Assembly: GCA_041658425.1 (NCBI GenBank)
Contig: JBBAAF010000002.1
Span: 57,156-121,155 of the forward strand
Length of the DNA: 64,000 nucleotides
From: Bacteroidales bacterium
GTDB taxonomy: Bacteria > Bacteroidota > Bacteroidia > Bacteroidales > UBA12481
Direction: 5' to 3'
In this document: positions 1 through 9,990 of the stretch, one piece after another
Layout of the letters: each line of letters starts with the position of its first letter
How positions within the stretch are numbered: position 1 is the first letter of the stretch
Notes under the pieces: model-generated
Told to the model about the DNA's origin: nothing
Database searches by the model: none
What the model saw: only the letters and a program-made list of their open reading frames with translations
Position numbers and translations under genes: made by a program

Positions 1-77
1 TTTTCAAAGGCATTCTGTCCTTCGTTATGTTCAATTCATCTTACAAGTACTTGCTTATGAGTGACATAGTCGAATAT

Positions 78-2039
78 TTAATTTGCCAATAACCTGATAT
101 CACTGATCTTTCTTGGCACCCAAACCTGCATCTGGCCTTCACCCCGGTTGGCCCAGGAGTAAAAAGGTATCGCGCTGATTTTCCGGATTTCAGATCTCAT
201 GGTCAAACCATCTTCAGAAATGGCGGCAACCGGGGCCTTCGCCTCCAGTACAACCACTCCATTTAATAATTCAGGTTTAAAACTGGCGGTAAAGGAGATA
301 TTATCAGGAACAACGATATTCATCGCCTTGCCTTCATTATCAGCATGTTCGAAACAATAAACCAGAGGACCTCTTTGCAGGGCAACCCGATTCCGGTCAT
401 CTTTCACCTCTTCGATAGCCACAATTCTGCGTACCGGCATTGGTAAATTCAATTCCACCAGGTCGCCTTTTTTCCATGCTTTTCTTATTACCGCGTAACC
501 ATTGACCATTGTATAAGTCGCTGGAATCCCATTCAATGACAAAGTAATTTTTTCGGAAGAATTATCCAGATAACGATATGTGTCACCCGGAACCGGCTGA
601 TTATTGGCCCAGCCCGGAACACGTATAAACAGATCAAATTCAACCTGTTTTTCTGGAATGACAGAAATCTGAACCTTACCATCCCAGGGGTAATTCGTTA
701 CCTGTTTTAACTGAACCTTTTTGTTATTGACAACAAAATTCACCGAGCTCCCGACAAAAAGATTCACCCATAGAGCATTGGAGGATTTTGCATAGATGTA
801 GTTGCCTACCGATTCAACCAGTCGGGCAATATTGGAGGGACAACAGGCTGTTCCAAACCATTCATCGCGGGAATCCTTCCCGGTTGATGCCAACGGATTT
901 CCATAGAAAAACCGATCCCCCTTCAGCGACAATCCGTCCAAAGCGCCATTGTAAAGGCTTCTTTCGAGAACATCAATATATTTACTTTCTCCGGTTAGCA
1001 GGTTCATCCTTTGATTCCAGAATACCATGCCTACCGAAGCGCAGGTTTCACAATAGGCTTCTTCGTTGGGCAAATCATAATCAACACTAAAACCTTCATT
1101 TCTGCCGGATGACCCGATGCCTCCGGTTATATACATGTTCCGGTAAACCACATCTTCCCAAACCTGCTTCATGGCATTCATGTATCCATCATCATTTTTT
1201 ACTGCAGCCACGTCGGCGGCCCCCGTATACACATACATGGCCCTTACCGCATGTCCCGTAATTTGCGTTTGCTCCTTCAACGGCAGCTTGTCCTGGCAAT
1301 AATCCTGGCTTCCCGGCCTTCTTTCAAAATAGCCGTGCCCCCGCTGCTCCAGGTACCATTCCGACAAGTCGAGGTAGCGCTTGTTACCGGTAGTCCGGTA
1401 AAGCTTAACGAGAGCCAGCTCAATTTCCTCATGCCCCGAAACCCAGTGCCGGTTTTGGAGCCGGAAAGTGGAATCAATATGGTTGGCTAAGCGGATCGCC
1501 ACATCAAGGAATTTCCTTTTTCCGGTGGTATTGTAATAAGCAACTGCCGCTTCAATTAAATGGCCTGCACAGTAATCCTCATGATAATCCATATTGGTCC
1601 AGCGTTTATTGAGTCCGGTTAACGTGTAATAGGTATTCAGATATCCGTCAGGCAATTGGGAAGCCGCGATTTTATCGATCCATTCGTCGGCCTTTTTCTC
1701 CAGCAAAGGATCGGGATGATTTTTCAACGAATAGGCCATCGCCTCCAGTGCTTTATACACATCAGAATCATCATAATAGATTCCCTCATGTTTTTCCCCT
1801 TTTTTTGCCGCCACCTTTTCAAAATTCCTGATACGCCCGGTCTTAACTTCCGTTTGATCAATACATACCGGAATGGTTACCGTGCTGACCGTGTATATCC
1901 GCGGCTTCCAGAAGTTGTCCTGGATTTCGACCTGCGAAAAGTTAACAGGCTCAATTTTTTGAAGTGAAGTTTGTGCTTCAATTCGAGTGTTAATCGATAT
2001 TAATAAAACTGAAGCCAAAGAGATTAATAATTTGTTCAT
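78..2039 (-). CDS. Glycoside hydrolase family 127-like (DUF1680, beta-L-arabinofuranosidase type), secreted
   Basis: 653-aa ORF with an N-terminal signal peptide. Carries motifs I associate with GH127/HypBA1-type enzymes: GHLIEAAVAYY, GHEEIELALVKLY, EAYCETCAS and the GTACCPSN cysteine cluster. Motif recognition only. Confidence 0.8.
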   Translation of the reverse strand: MNKLLISLASVLLISINTRIEAQTSLQKIEPVNFSQVEIQDNFWKPRIYTVSTVTIPVCIDQTEVKTGRIRNFEKVAAKKGEKHEGIYYDDSDVYKALEAMAYSLKNHPDPLLEKKADEWIDKIAASQLPDGYLNTYYTLTGLNKRWTNMDYHEDYCAGHLIEAAVAYYNTTGKRKFLDVAIRLANHIDSTFRLQNRHWVSGHEEIELALVKLYRTTGNKRYLDLSEWYLEQRGHGYFERRPGSQDYCQDKLPLKEQTQITGHAVRAMYVYTGAADVAAVKNDDGYMNAMKQVWEDVVYRNMYITGGIGSSGRNEGFSVDYDLPNEEAYCETCASVGMVFWNQRMNLLTGESKYIDVLERSLYNGALDGLSLKGDRFFYGNPLASTGKDSRDEWFGTACCPSNIARLVESVGNYIYAKSSNALWVNLFVGSSVNFVVNNKKVQLKQVTNYPWDGKVQISVIPEKQVEFDLFIRVPGWANNQPVPGDTYRYLDNSSEKITLSLNGIPATYTMVNGYAVIRKAWKKGDLVELNLPMPVRRIVAIEEVKDDRNRVALQRGPLVYCFEHADNEGKAMNIVVPDNISFTASFKPELLNGVVVLEAKAPVAAISEDGLTMRSEIRKISAIPFYSWANRGEGQMQVWVPRKISDIRLLAN

Positions 2040-2111
2040 GGTTTCGTATTTGACTGATTATTATATTCTTTAATTGTGTCTTCGGATCAATATAGGTCTT
2101 CTGATCATTAA

Positions 2112-4466
2112 TTATTCAACCAATATAGCCAGATCGATATATTGTCCGCCCCCTGTTTGGTGCGTGTGCACGGCCAAGGTATTGGTGCCCGGCCTCAAAG
2201 CTTTCTTAAGGGCTCCGGTCACCTGATGCAGCCGGTAATTGCCGTCGAACCCCTTGACACCGAGAATCTTTTGTCCGTTAACATACGCTTCTGTATCTTC
2301 ATCATGGCAGATCATCACCCCGCCGGTCTTCATTTCGTCACCATCATATTCAAAGGTTTTCCTTAACCAGATATCTCCGCTGGCCCAGTCGGTGCGGACT
2401 CTTTCATCCCCTTGGCCGAATGGTGCAAGGCCGGACCTCCACAACTTGTCATCAAAGTTTTCCGACGTCCAGCTGTCAGCAGGTTTGACTTCAGTATATT
2501 GATACGGTTTGCTTTGTTTGATATCCTGAACTGCTCCTACCAGCACTTTCCATTTGGCATCGACCACCTTAAGAGTTGGCTGGGTGGCTGTTGTTTCGTT
2601 GCGCTCATAGGCCGCCTGCCGTGAAGTGATTTCACGAATTTTCCTAATATCAAATTTTGGTCTGCGGTCGTAATAGTAAAGTCCGTTCTTTTCCTGTTCT
2701 ATATCTGTTAATTGGGTATAACAGAATCCAAACAGGTTTGGGTTATCAAGCATGGCGTTGATGGTTCCCTTGTACCGGGCATAGAATTCATCCAGGTTCT
2801 TTGGTCCGTTACCATAGCTCCACCCACCTTCCGTGGCCCAGCCGATACCGCCGATTTCACTGATCATGAAGGGTACACCCATGTCTGCCTGAGTCACAGT
2901 CTGCCCTGTATATCGTGCCGGGGCAATGGGCCCTTCGGGTGTGCCATTGAAATAATCGAGCCACTTCCTGCGAAGACGCAACGTGTCGCCCGTGTAATCA
3001 TGCGCATCCCTGACCTCAGGGTTGGGCAGCGTGTGCATCCAGCCACTGGACTCCAGCGCAGGCCGCGTGGGATCCACCGCCTTGGTCACATGCCAGATCA
3101 TCTGCTGAAGCTCTCCCGTATCCTCAAAATTCTCATTGAAGGCACACCAACCGATGATGGAGGGATGATTCCGGTCGCGCAGAAGGATCTCGGTCCATTC
3201 GTTGACGTATGCCGAAAAACCTTCCTTGTGGTTATCATCCCCGGCGTTGGGATATTCGCCCCAACAGAGGTAGCCGAGTCTGTCTGCCCAATACAAAAAC
3301 CTGGGCTCGAATACTTTTTGATGCAGGCGGGCACCGTTGTAGCCGCAAGCCATGCTCATCTCAATGTCTTTTTTCAGTGACTCATCAGTCGGCGCTGTCC
3401 AGAGTCCATCCGGATAAAACCCCTGATCGAGGATGAGGCGCTGAAAAACAGGTTTGCCGTTGACGAGAATTTTGCGGCCATCGATAGTGATCTTGCGAAG
3501 TCCGAAATAACTGGTTAGCTCATCTATCTTGGTATTTCCGCTCGACAGCGTGAATTTGAGATCGTACAGGAATGGTGTGCCGGGCTCCCAGAGCTTCTTC
3601 TCTTTAAGTGGAATCACCAGCCGGGCCTGCCATGGGCCGGCAGCCATAACTGTGCCCATTGACCGGCCATCCGCGAAGGCCTCGGCTTTAAGCGACAGAT
3701 CCTTGTCGGCACCATTGATTTTAAGATCGATAAATACCCTCGAGTTGTCGGGATCCGGTATTATCGAAATATTTTCGATAAACGATGATCCCACGGCTTC
3801 CAGCCAAACCGACTGCCATATTCCGGTAGAACGGGTGTAGAAGCAACTGTAACTCTGGTCGAAGCATTGTTTGCCACAGGGTTGCAAACCACTCCACATA
3901 TCGTCCAGAACCTTAACCACCAATTCGTTAGTCCCTTCTTTGAGAAATTTAGAGATGTCAAAACTGAACTCTACATTCTCGCCAGTGTGTGAACCAGCCA
4001 GCCGTCCGTTGATATATACCCAGGCCTTGTAATCCACACCACCAAAATGGAGCCTCAACCGCTTGCCATTCATAGCCTGCGGCACTTCGAAAGTACGCCG
4101 GTACCAAACATTTTTAAGCTTTTGGCTATTGCCCAGGCCGATACCTGAAAGTTTGCTTTCGGGACAAAAAGGGACAATGATCTTTGAATTGAGATCCTTG
4201 CCGTAAGTCAGGCCACGGAATTCACCGTCATCTGCCGTGTCGTTCTCGAACTGCCATACTCCGTTAAGCGTCAGCCAGTTATCACGTTGCAGGTCGGGCC
4301 GGGGGTGCTCTGGACGGGGAATTGTGACCAGCGGTCCGCCAGCCGGCTTCAACTCCTGCGCACCGGCAGGCAAAACCACCAGGAAAAAGAATGCAGTCAT
4401 TGCCTGTGTGTGCAAAACTGTGAAAAGGGTCCTTTTCGTTGCAATCTTTGTTTGTCCCTTATTCAT
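2112..4466 (-). CDS. Glycoside hydrolase family 2 enzyme with an extra C-terminal beta-sandwich
   Basis: 784-aa ORF. GH2-type TIM-barrel motifs are present (GYNGARLHQK, IIGWCAFNE with the NE acid/base pair). The hydrophobic signal begins at an internal Met (MTAFFFLVV), so the true start may lie 22 codons downstream of 4466. Confidence 0.8.
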   Translation of the reverse strand: MNKGQTKIATKRTLFTVLHTQAMTAFFFLVVLPAGAQELKPAGGPLVTIPRPEHPRPDLQRDNWLTLNGVWQFENDTADDGEFRGLTYGKDLNSKIIVPFCPESKLSGIGLGNSQKLKNVWYRRTFEVPQAMNGKRLRLHFGGVDYKAWVYINGRLAGSHTGENVEFSFDISKFLKEGTNELVVKVLDDMWSGLQPCGKQCFDQSYSCFYTRSTGIWQSVWLEAVGSSFIENISIIPDPDNSRVFIDLKINGADKDLSLKAEAFADGRSMGTVMAAGPWQARLVIPLKEKKLWEPGTPFLYDLKFTLSSGNTKIDELTSYFGLRKITIDGRKILVNGKPVFQRLILDQGFYPDGLWTAPTDESLKKDIEMSMACGYNGARLHQKVFEPRFLYWADRLGYLCWGEYPNAGDDNHKEGFSAYVNEWTEILLRDRNHPSIIGWCAFNENFEDTGELQQMIWHVTKAVDPTRPALESSGWMHTLPNPEVRDAHDYTGDTLRLRRKWLDYFNGTPEGPIAPARYTGQTVTQADMGVPFMISEIGGIGWATEGGWSYGNGPKNLDEFYARYKGTINAMLDNPNLFGFCYTQLTDIEQEKNGLYYYDRRPKFDIRKIREITSRQAAYERNETTATQPTLKVVDAKWKVLVGAVQDIKQSKPYQYTEVKPADSWTSENFDDKLWRSGLAPFGQGDERVRTDWASGDIWLRKTFEYDGDEMKTGGVMICHDEDTEAYVNGQKILGVKGFDGNYRLHQVTGALKKALRPGTNTLAVHTHQTGGGQYIDLAILVE

Positions 4467-6612
4467 GAACCATTGATATTTTGGAAGTTTTATTTGATTT
4501 CAATGCTATCCAAAGCACCAAATCATCCTTTTCAAGATTCCTGATTATCCCTGTGCTATAATCTTTTTCCCTGCTCAGGGTACGCCCATCCAACTGAACT
4601 GAAACATCTCCCGGATTCCATCCTTTTATCACAAAACAGACATTAACGACAGGTGACCCTTCACTTGCCAAAAGTTCCATCTCCAGTTTTTCCGCTTTGT
4701 TATCCGAACATTCGACAATATAAGCCCGTTGAGTCAGATCATAACCACTGCCACTAAACCCATCCCCCTTTATTTTCAGGGAAGGAGGCTGTGCCCAGGA
4801 TCGTGCCAGCGTGGCCAGTTCTTCGGGAGTTTGGGAAGAGGCGCCGTAGATCCAGGCTGACCAGTAGGTATTTACCGTTTTCATTTTAGGATCAGCCTGA
4901 TTCAAACTGCCTTCGCTTCCCGACTCGCGTGCTTTTATCACCTTTCCGGCTTCATCATGAAAGGGTGGCCCTCCCCATGCGAGCGAAAAATGAGAAGCCC
5001 TGTCGGGCTCCTGGCAATATCTCCCGTCAGATGGCAACTGTGCAACAGGCCAGTGGTTCCACCAGGGAAAATGAGAAGCATCGGGCCTTTGCTCAATACC
5101 ATAAACCGCCATATTGTTTCCAGGCTCAAAAATCATGAATGGCTTATACTGCGATTTCAGGTTAACGATCTGGATTACAGGATTAACAGGATTCTCTCCC
5201 TTCTTAAATACCGGGGCTCCATTTGCCCAGGAATACACGTGACTTTCACCCTTCAGATTAACCAGTGTCATGGCATCCAGATTCACATTGTCTTCGGGGC
5301 TTGTTCCCGGCTGGCAAAATGCAATGGCTTCGGATGGACCCAACGGTTCACCGGAAGTATATTGCACCACCTTCCTGATCCCGATTCCATCCGGATAAAA
5401 AGTATAATACTCATCCACACAGTCCGACCAGCCCGACTTTTCATCTACCTGTGATAATTGCTTCCTTATGCTGACGGGAATATACCGCCAGTGAACAACT
5501 ACCCTTGCAGGAGTGTTTTCGATTATTCTGACGTGTGAGTACAGACAATGCGGATCGATCATGTGCTCGAAACAGCCATTGATGGTATCGAAGTATTCAG
5601 CACTCTGATCTGCCATCCATTGCCCGTTCTCCATAACCCAGGCAGGAGAATAACGGGTACCCCTCCAAAACACAACCTTTATCGGAGAATTATCGAACTG
5701 AACAACAACATCTGCATAATCACCAACCCGGAAAAGCGCATCCCATTCCTCATAGAATTTCAATTTTGTATAATAGGCGCCAAACCGGCCGGGGCCTGCG
5801 GGACCGCTGGGCATAACCCTTTCGGGGATATCCGGTGGCAATGGATTCGCATGGGCCGCAAAATTGCGCTCAACCATTTCCGGCGTCAGGGCCCCTTCAT
5901 AGATCTTTATTTCATCATAAATTCCATCGAACGAAAACCAGGCAGGAAGTGTGGCATAGGCCCTGACAGGGTTTGAGGGAGCAGTCATCTCCCGGTTCAT
6001 TCCGATCAGCAAATCGGATTCCGGAGCCAGAACCAGTTTACCGGATATATTTAATTGCCCGGATAGGTTACCGTCGATATAAATCCTGAAGCCAGTCTTT
6101 TCATCCAACGTTGCAACCAGGTGTGTCCATTTTCTTAATGATATCCTTGCTTTCGACTCCAATCTCTGCCAGACTCCATTAACTGATGCAAAAATTCCGG
6201 CCTGTCCCTGTGGTCCGACACCAAAATGGAAACCTGCCTCTTCTTTCCGGTCCTGCGCCAGAATCGGGCACCAGTTCCACGGATAGGTTGCAGCTGCCAC
6301 CCATGCCTCACAGGAAAAGGATCCGGAGATTTTTGGGACTTTCTCAAATGAGCGCCTGATGACCGTGGTAAATCCATCGAATTTCAGTGCCTTCCCCTCA
6401 ACTCCGCCAACCAGTTTGTAATTTCCCTCGATGGAATCCCTGATGCCGGTAACCTGGTCGATAACCCTTCGTGAATCCTCGCGATCGAATTTCCACCGGG
6501 CCACTATCCCTGGGTTTTCCTGATCATTCATTTGGCCGATCCCGAACACACAATTAACCCCAATTAACCAGGCCATAACAAATGCCCCGAAATATTGCTT
6601 GTAGATGCTCAT
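4459..6612 (-). CDS. Secreted LamG/concanavalin-like domain protein with an uncharacterised C-terminal domain of about 470 aa
   Basis: 717-aa ORF with a signal peptide. The N-terminal 250 aa look like a LamG jelly-roll (KALKFDGFTT, WTHLVATLD, IYIDGNLSG, IKIYEGALTPEMV). I cannot place the remainder in a family. Co-directional with GH10 and GH2. Confidence 0.55.
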   Translation of the reverse strand: MSIYKQYFGAFVMAWLIGVNCVFGIGQMNDQENPGIVARWKFDREDSRRVIDQVTGIRDSIEGNYKLVGGVEGKALKFDGFTTVIRRSFEKVPKISGSFSCEAWVAAATYPWNWCPILAQDRKEEAGFHFGVGPQGQAGIFASVNGVWQRLESKARISLRKWTHLVATLDEKTGFRIYIDGNLSGQLNISGKLVLAPESDLLIGMNREMTAPSNPVRAYATLPAWFSFDGIYDEIKIYEGALTPEMVERNFAAHANPLPPDIPERVMPSGPAGPGRFGAYYTKLKFYEEWDALFRVGDYADVVVQFDNSPIKVVFWRGTRYSPAWVMENGQWMADQSAEYFDTINGCFEHMIDPHCLYSHVRIIENTPARVVVHWRYIPVSIRKQLSQVDEKSGWSDCVDEYYTFYPDGIGIRKVVQYTSGEPLGPSEAIAFCQPGTSPEDNVNLDAMTLVNLKGESHVYSWANGAPVFKKGENPVNPVIQIVNLKSQYKPFMIFEPGNNMAVYGIEQRPDASHFPWWNHWPVAQLPSDGRYCQEPDRASHFSLAWGGPPFHDEAGKVIKARESGSEGSLNQADPKMKTVNTYWSAWIYGASSQTPEELATLARSWAQPPSLKIKGDGFSGSGYDLTQRAYIVECSDNKAEKLEMELLASEGSPVVNVCFVIKGWNPGDVSVQLDGRTLSREKDYSTGIIRNLEKDDLVLWIALKSNKTSKISMVHE

Positions 6613-6674
6613 TTTACATATTATCCAATAAATGCCTAATGTCTAATCCCTATTATGGACGCAATTATGTGTCC

Positions 6675-7784
6675 CTACAATTTCAACCCGTTCAGGAATC
6701 CATAATAAGCCGGTTTCTTCCGGCACAGGCTATCGAACGGCAAAGGGCAGTCCCGCAATTTGAACATGGGCATAATCCAGCTGTTCGCATCGGACACCCC
6801 CCAGACGGTGATTCCATATCGCTGACCGGCCGGTACCGATTGTTTGTATACCTGCACCAGTGATTGGTATTTGTCCGATTGTTTTTTCAGCAATTCCGGC
6901 GTAAAAACCAGGCTGGTATCCCATTTCCAGTCGGAAATAAGAATGCTCACTTCCGATACATGAACCAATAATCCTGTGGCCGCAAGCCGTCGTAATCCAC
7001 TGGCAATTTCATCATCACTGGCCGATATTCCAATATGCATCTGCATCCCAAGCCCATGAATGGGTATTCCTCTTTTCTTAAAATCCTCCGCCAGTTTTAC
7101 AACCGCTTCAATCTTTTTCTGATATTTCGCGTATTGAAGATCAAAATCATTCAGGAAGAGCAGCACATCAGGATCAGCTTCATGTGCATATTGAAAAGCA
7201 CGGGCAATGTAATCCTTACCCAAATGTCTGGCCCAGAGGCTGCCCGGATTGTCTCCATGTGTCCCCTCTTCCATTCTGAGAGTGCCATCATCATGAAATG
7301 GCTCATTAACAACATCCCACGATGCAACTTTGCCTTTGTAATGTTTAACAACTGTTTGAATATGGGTTTTAAACAGGTTCTCCCAGGCAATCGAATCTCC
7401 CTGAAAATCTCTCAACCAGGCCATATTACTGAAGTCATGCCAAATCAGGGTAGTACCGTGAACCCGCTTATTATTTTTCAGTGCAAAATCAACGATAGTA
7501 TCCAGCGCTGAAAAATCGAACACTTTTTCCCCGGGATGCAGCGACTCAATTTTACCGGCATTTTCCGGAGTGATACTGTTGTACTCGTGCAGCACGATAT
7601 CACGGTAAGCACCATTTTCTTTCAATAAAACTTCTCCTGCAGCAACACCTACAGGAAAAGACGAGATAGATTGCAGACTTTCAGTTTTACCGGCCGGAAC
7701 CGTGGACCTGTGGTTGCAGGATACCAATACACAGACAATTAGTATGAACCCCGGTATAAAACAAGTTTTAATGGATTTCTTCAT
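6675..7784 (-). CDS. Glycoside hydrolase family 10 endo-beta-1,4-xylanase-like lipoprotein
   Basis: 369-aa ORF with a lipoprotein-type signal (LVSC). GH10 motifs are present: GTTLIWH, WDVVNEP (acid/base), GLGMQMH and VHVSEVS (nucleophile Glu position). Confidence 0.85.
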   Translation of the reverse strand: MKKSIKTCFIPGFILIVCVLVSCNHRSTVPAGKTESLQSISSFPVGVAAGEVLLKENGAYRDIVLHEYNSITPENAGKIESLHPGEKVFDFSALDTIVDFALKNNKRVHGTTLIWHDFSNMAWLRDFQGDSIAWENLFKTHIQTVVKHYKGKVASWDVVNEPFHDDGTLRMEEGTHGDNPGSLWARHLGKDYIARAFQYAHEADPDVLLFLNDFDLQYAKYQKKIEAVVKLAEDFKKRGIPIHGLGMQMHIGISASDDEIASGLRRLAATGLLVHVSEVSILISDWKWDTSLVFTPELLKKQSDKYQSLVQVYKQSVPAGQRYGITVWGVSDANSWIMPMFKLRDCPLPFDSLCRKKPAYYGFLNGLKL

Positions 7785-7786
7785 AA

Positions 7787-8590
7787 TTACAACTGATTAT
7801 TATACAGTTCATTAACCTCCCTGGAGGAAAGAGCGCGGTTATATACCCGGAAATCGCTTATATATCCGTTGAAGTGGAAAAAATCATCACACATTCCATA
7901 CCTTCCATAGCCAAGCGTAAATAATTCTTTTGTCGGAACAGATTTGAAGAAATCAGTATAAGTCGAATCGGAACCCAGGTTGTAATGCCGGTTCGTCATC
8001 TCAACTCCGTTTAAATATCCGGTATTTCCTGTAGCACTGACCACTGCCACAAAATGATACCATTTATCTTCTTCCAGATTTTCATTCGAATCAAAACAGA
8101 ACCGCTTATTGACAATGGTAAAATAGAGCTTTCGGTCGTTAATGTCCATCTTGTGCCCGACTTCCGCAATCATGCTATTGTGCGGACTGCCGGGATCCGA
8201 TTCGCCATAATAAAATATGGGTTGAATATCCCCGTCGAAAGCCCTGAATTTAAAGGTAACCGAAATGGTACCGAACTCAGGCTCTGATTTCAACCCCGCT
8301 TCAGTAATGAAGGATGGTATATCCAGAGAATCCTGTCCATCAAACTCAACAGCAGTTTTGTCACCGTCCGTGATCGCCCAGTTTACACCGTACAGTATAC
8401 CGTCGAAGTTATTCGGAGTGCAGTCCGAAGCAGTCGTACCACTCTGCTCATCAAATGAATAATGCAAAACCAGCCCGGAATCCGGATCATCACAATCCAG
8501 ATTAAAGGAATCCCTGCCGTCCTTATGGCACGCACTCATATAGGTGAAAGCAAGGATTGAACTGAATAAATACAAATTGCGCATGATCAT
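7787..8590 (-). CDS. LamG/concanavalin-like lectin-fold lipoprotein
   Basis: 267-aa ORF with a signal ending in Cys (YMSAC). Typical LamG end motif (GYISDFRVYNRALSSREV). Only 2 nt separate it from GH10. Confidence 0.55.
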   Translation of the reverse strand: MIMRNLYLFSSILAFTYMSACHKDGRDSFNLDCDDPDSGLVLHYSFDEQSGTTASDCTPNNFDGILYGVNWAITDGDKTAVEFDGQDSLDIPSFITEAGLKSEPEFGTISVTFKFRAFDGDIQPIFYYGESDPGSPHNSMIAEVGHKMDINDRKLYFTIVNKRFCFDSNENLEEDKWYHFVAVVSATGNTGYLNGVEMTNRHYNLGSDSTYTDFFKSVPTKELFTLGYGRYGMCDDFFHFNGYISDFRVYNRALSSREVNELYNNQL

Positions 8591-8604
8591 TGGGGTTTAA
8601 GTTC

Positions 8605-9300
8605 TCAGTGTGTTGTAAAACTTACCTGAATACCGTATCCTGTTCCTATGCTGTTTGTAGCATATGCTCTTGCATAATAAACAGTTGCGGGTAATAACCC
8701 GGTCAAAACACTCTTAAATGAGCCAGTATTTTTCCCGTCATTGGTCCTTGAACAGGAAATGGTCGGATTTTTCGCCGTGCTCCAGCAAACTCCGCGGGAT
8801 GTGACGGATGCACCTCCGCAAAAAACAACCTTTCCACCTGAAATTACACTGGTAGCGGTAATGTCTCCCACTTCGGATGTTTCTACCGTTGGTATGGTAC
8901 TCGTAGTGAAAAAATCCTGACTGCCATATCCGATCCCGACGGGATTAATCGCGTAGGCCCTTACATAATAGGCTGTGTCCTCCTCCAATCCATCAATAAA
9001 ACTGGTGAAGGTGCCGGAACCGTTACCATCAGCAGTCTTCGCATCATCAATTGTCGGGTTGCCTTCACGGTTCCAGCAAACACCGCGGGAGGTAATGGCC
9101 ACTGACCCTGTAAACAATACTTTTCCTCCGCTAATGGCAGTTGTGGCTGATATACCGGTAGTTTCAAGCGTCATAATAATGGGTAATGACGGTTCAGGTA
9201 ACTTTTCAGGAACCTTTTCACAACCCAGAATAACCATTGCCAGTAAACCGGTGATTATTCCAATCGTGATTTCAGATTTATGCCAGGCTTTTTTTTTCAC
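8605..9300 (-). CDS. Lipoprotein built from two tandem beta-sandwich (Fn3-like) repeats of about 95 aa
   Basis: 231-aa ORF with a lipobox (VILGC). The two internal repeats share ISGGKV, TSRGVCW, NPTI, YY.RAYA.N and G.GYG. Confidence 0.5.
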   Translation of the reverse strand: MKKKAWHKSEITIGIITGLLAMVILGCEKVPEKLPEPSLPIIMTLETTGISATTAISGGKVLFTGSVAITSRGVCWNREGNPTIDDAKTADGNGSGTFTSFIDGLEEDTAYYVRAYAINPVGIGYGSQDFFTTSTIPTVETSEVGDITATSVISGGKVVFCGGASVTSRGVCWSTAKNPTISCSRTNDGKNTGSFKSVLTGLLPATVYYARAYATNSIGTGYGIQVSFTTH

Positions 9301-9468
9301 CAGTTGAAATAATTACCACTACCAAATTTACAACTTGTAAACCTTAAGGGATTCATAAACATTACCTGGTTTATAAACTATCTTGACAATCTGAATGTAT
9401 TATGGGATGCGACTGTTTTATGTTGTGACCTTTATGTTTAAACTTGTAACAACTTAACTATCTGAAAA

Positions 9469-9978
9469 ATGAAAAGGCCATATATGAACCCTTACCTGGC
9501 CGGCACCATGCTCGGGCTTGTCCTGCTCATGGCCATGTACCTTTCCGGGCGGGGACTTGGTGCAAGCGGCGGTCTCAAATATTGCGTTGTGTCTGCAGTA
9601 GGTAATATTGCCCCATCGCATGCAGAAAAATCGATTTACTACAGTAAATATTTTGAAGGAGGCAAGAAACCGTTGAAAAACTGGCTGACCTTTGAAATAC
9701 TGGGTGTGGTGGCAGGAGGATTCCTGTCTGGTGCAGTATCCGGACGGCTCAAATTCAAAATCGAAAAATCCCCCAAAATTTCAAATTCACGCAGGTTGTT
9801 TTTCGCCTTTCTTGGTGGAGTTTTCTTTGTTTACGGGGCCCAGCTGGCCAGAGGCTGCACAAGTGGCGCCGCACTCTCAGGAATGGCCGTTCTTTCGGTT
9901 GCCGGATTTGTCACCATGATAGCCATTTTCGGATCAGCCTATCTTTTTGCATGGTTTTTCAGAAAAAACTGGATCTGA
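9469..9978 (+). CDS. YeeE/YedE-family sulfur-compound transporter, first half-protein
   Basis: 169-aa polytopic membrane ORF with the conserved Cys motif (ARGCTSGAALSG) typical of the YeeE/YedE sulphur-transport domain. Confidence 0.8.
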   Translation: MKRPYMNPYLAGTMLGLVLLMAMYLSGRGLGASGGLKYCVVSAVGNIAPSHAEKSIYYSKYFEGGKKPLKNWLTFEILGVVAGGFLSGAVSGRLKFKIEKSPKISNSRRLFFAFLGGVFFVYGAQLARGCTSGAALSGMAVLSVAGFVTMIAIFGSAYLFAWFFRKNWI

Positions 9979-9990
9979 TAAAAAAATAAT

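Noticed and set aside
2712-3380. 222-aa plus-strand ORF inside the GH2 gene
   Set aside because: It is antisense to a gene with clear GH2 motifs and has no recognisable domain. The same reasoning applies to 15566-16240 (antisense to susD), 17047-17655 (antisense to susC) and 38956-39540 (antisense to the GH31-like gene).
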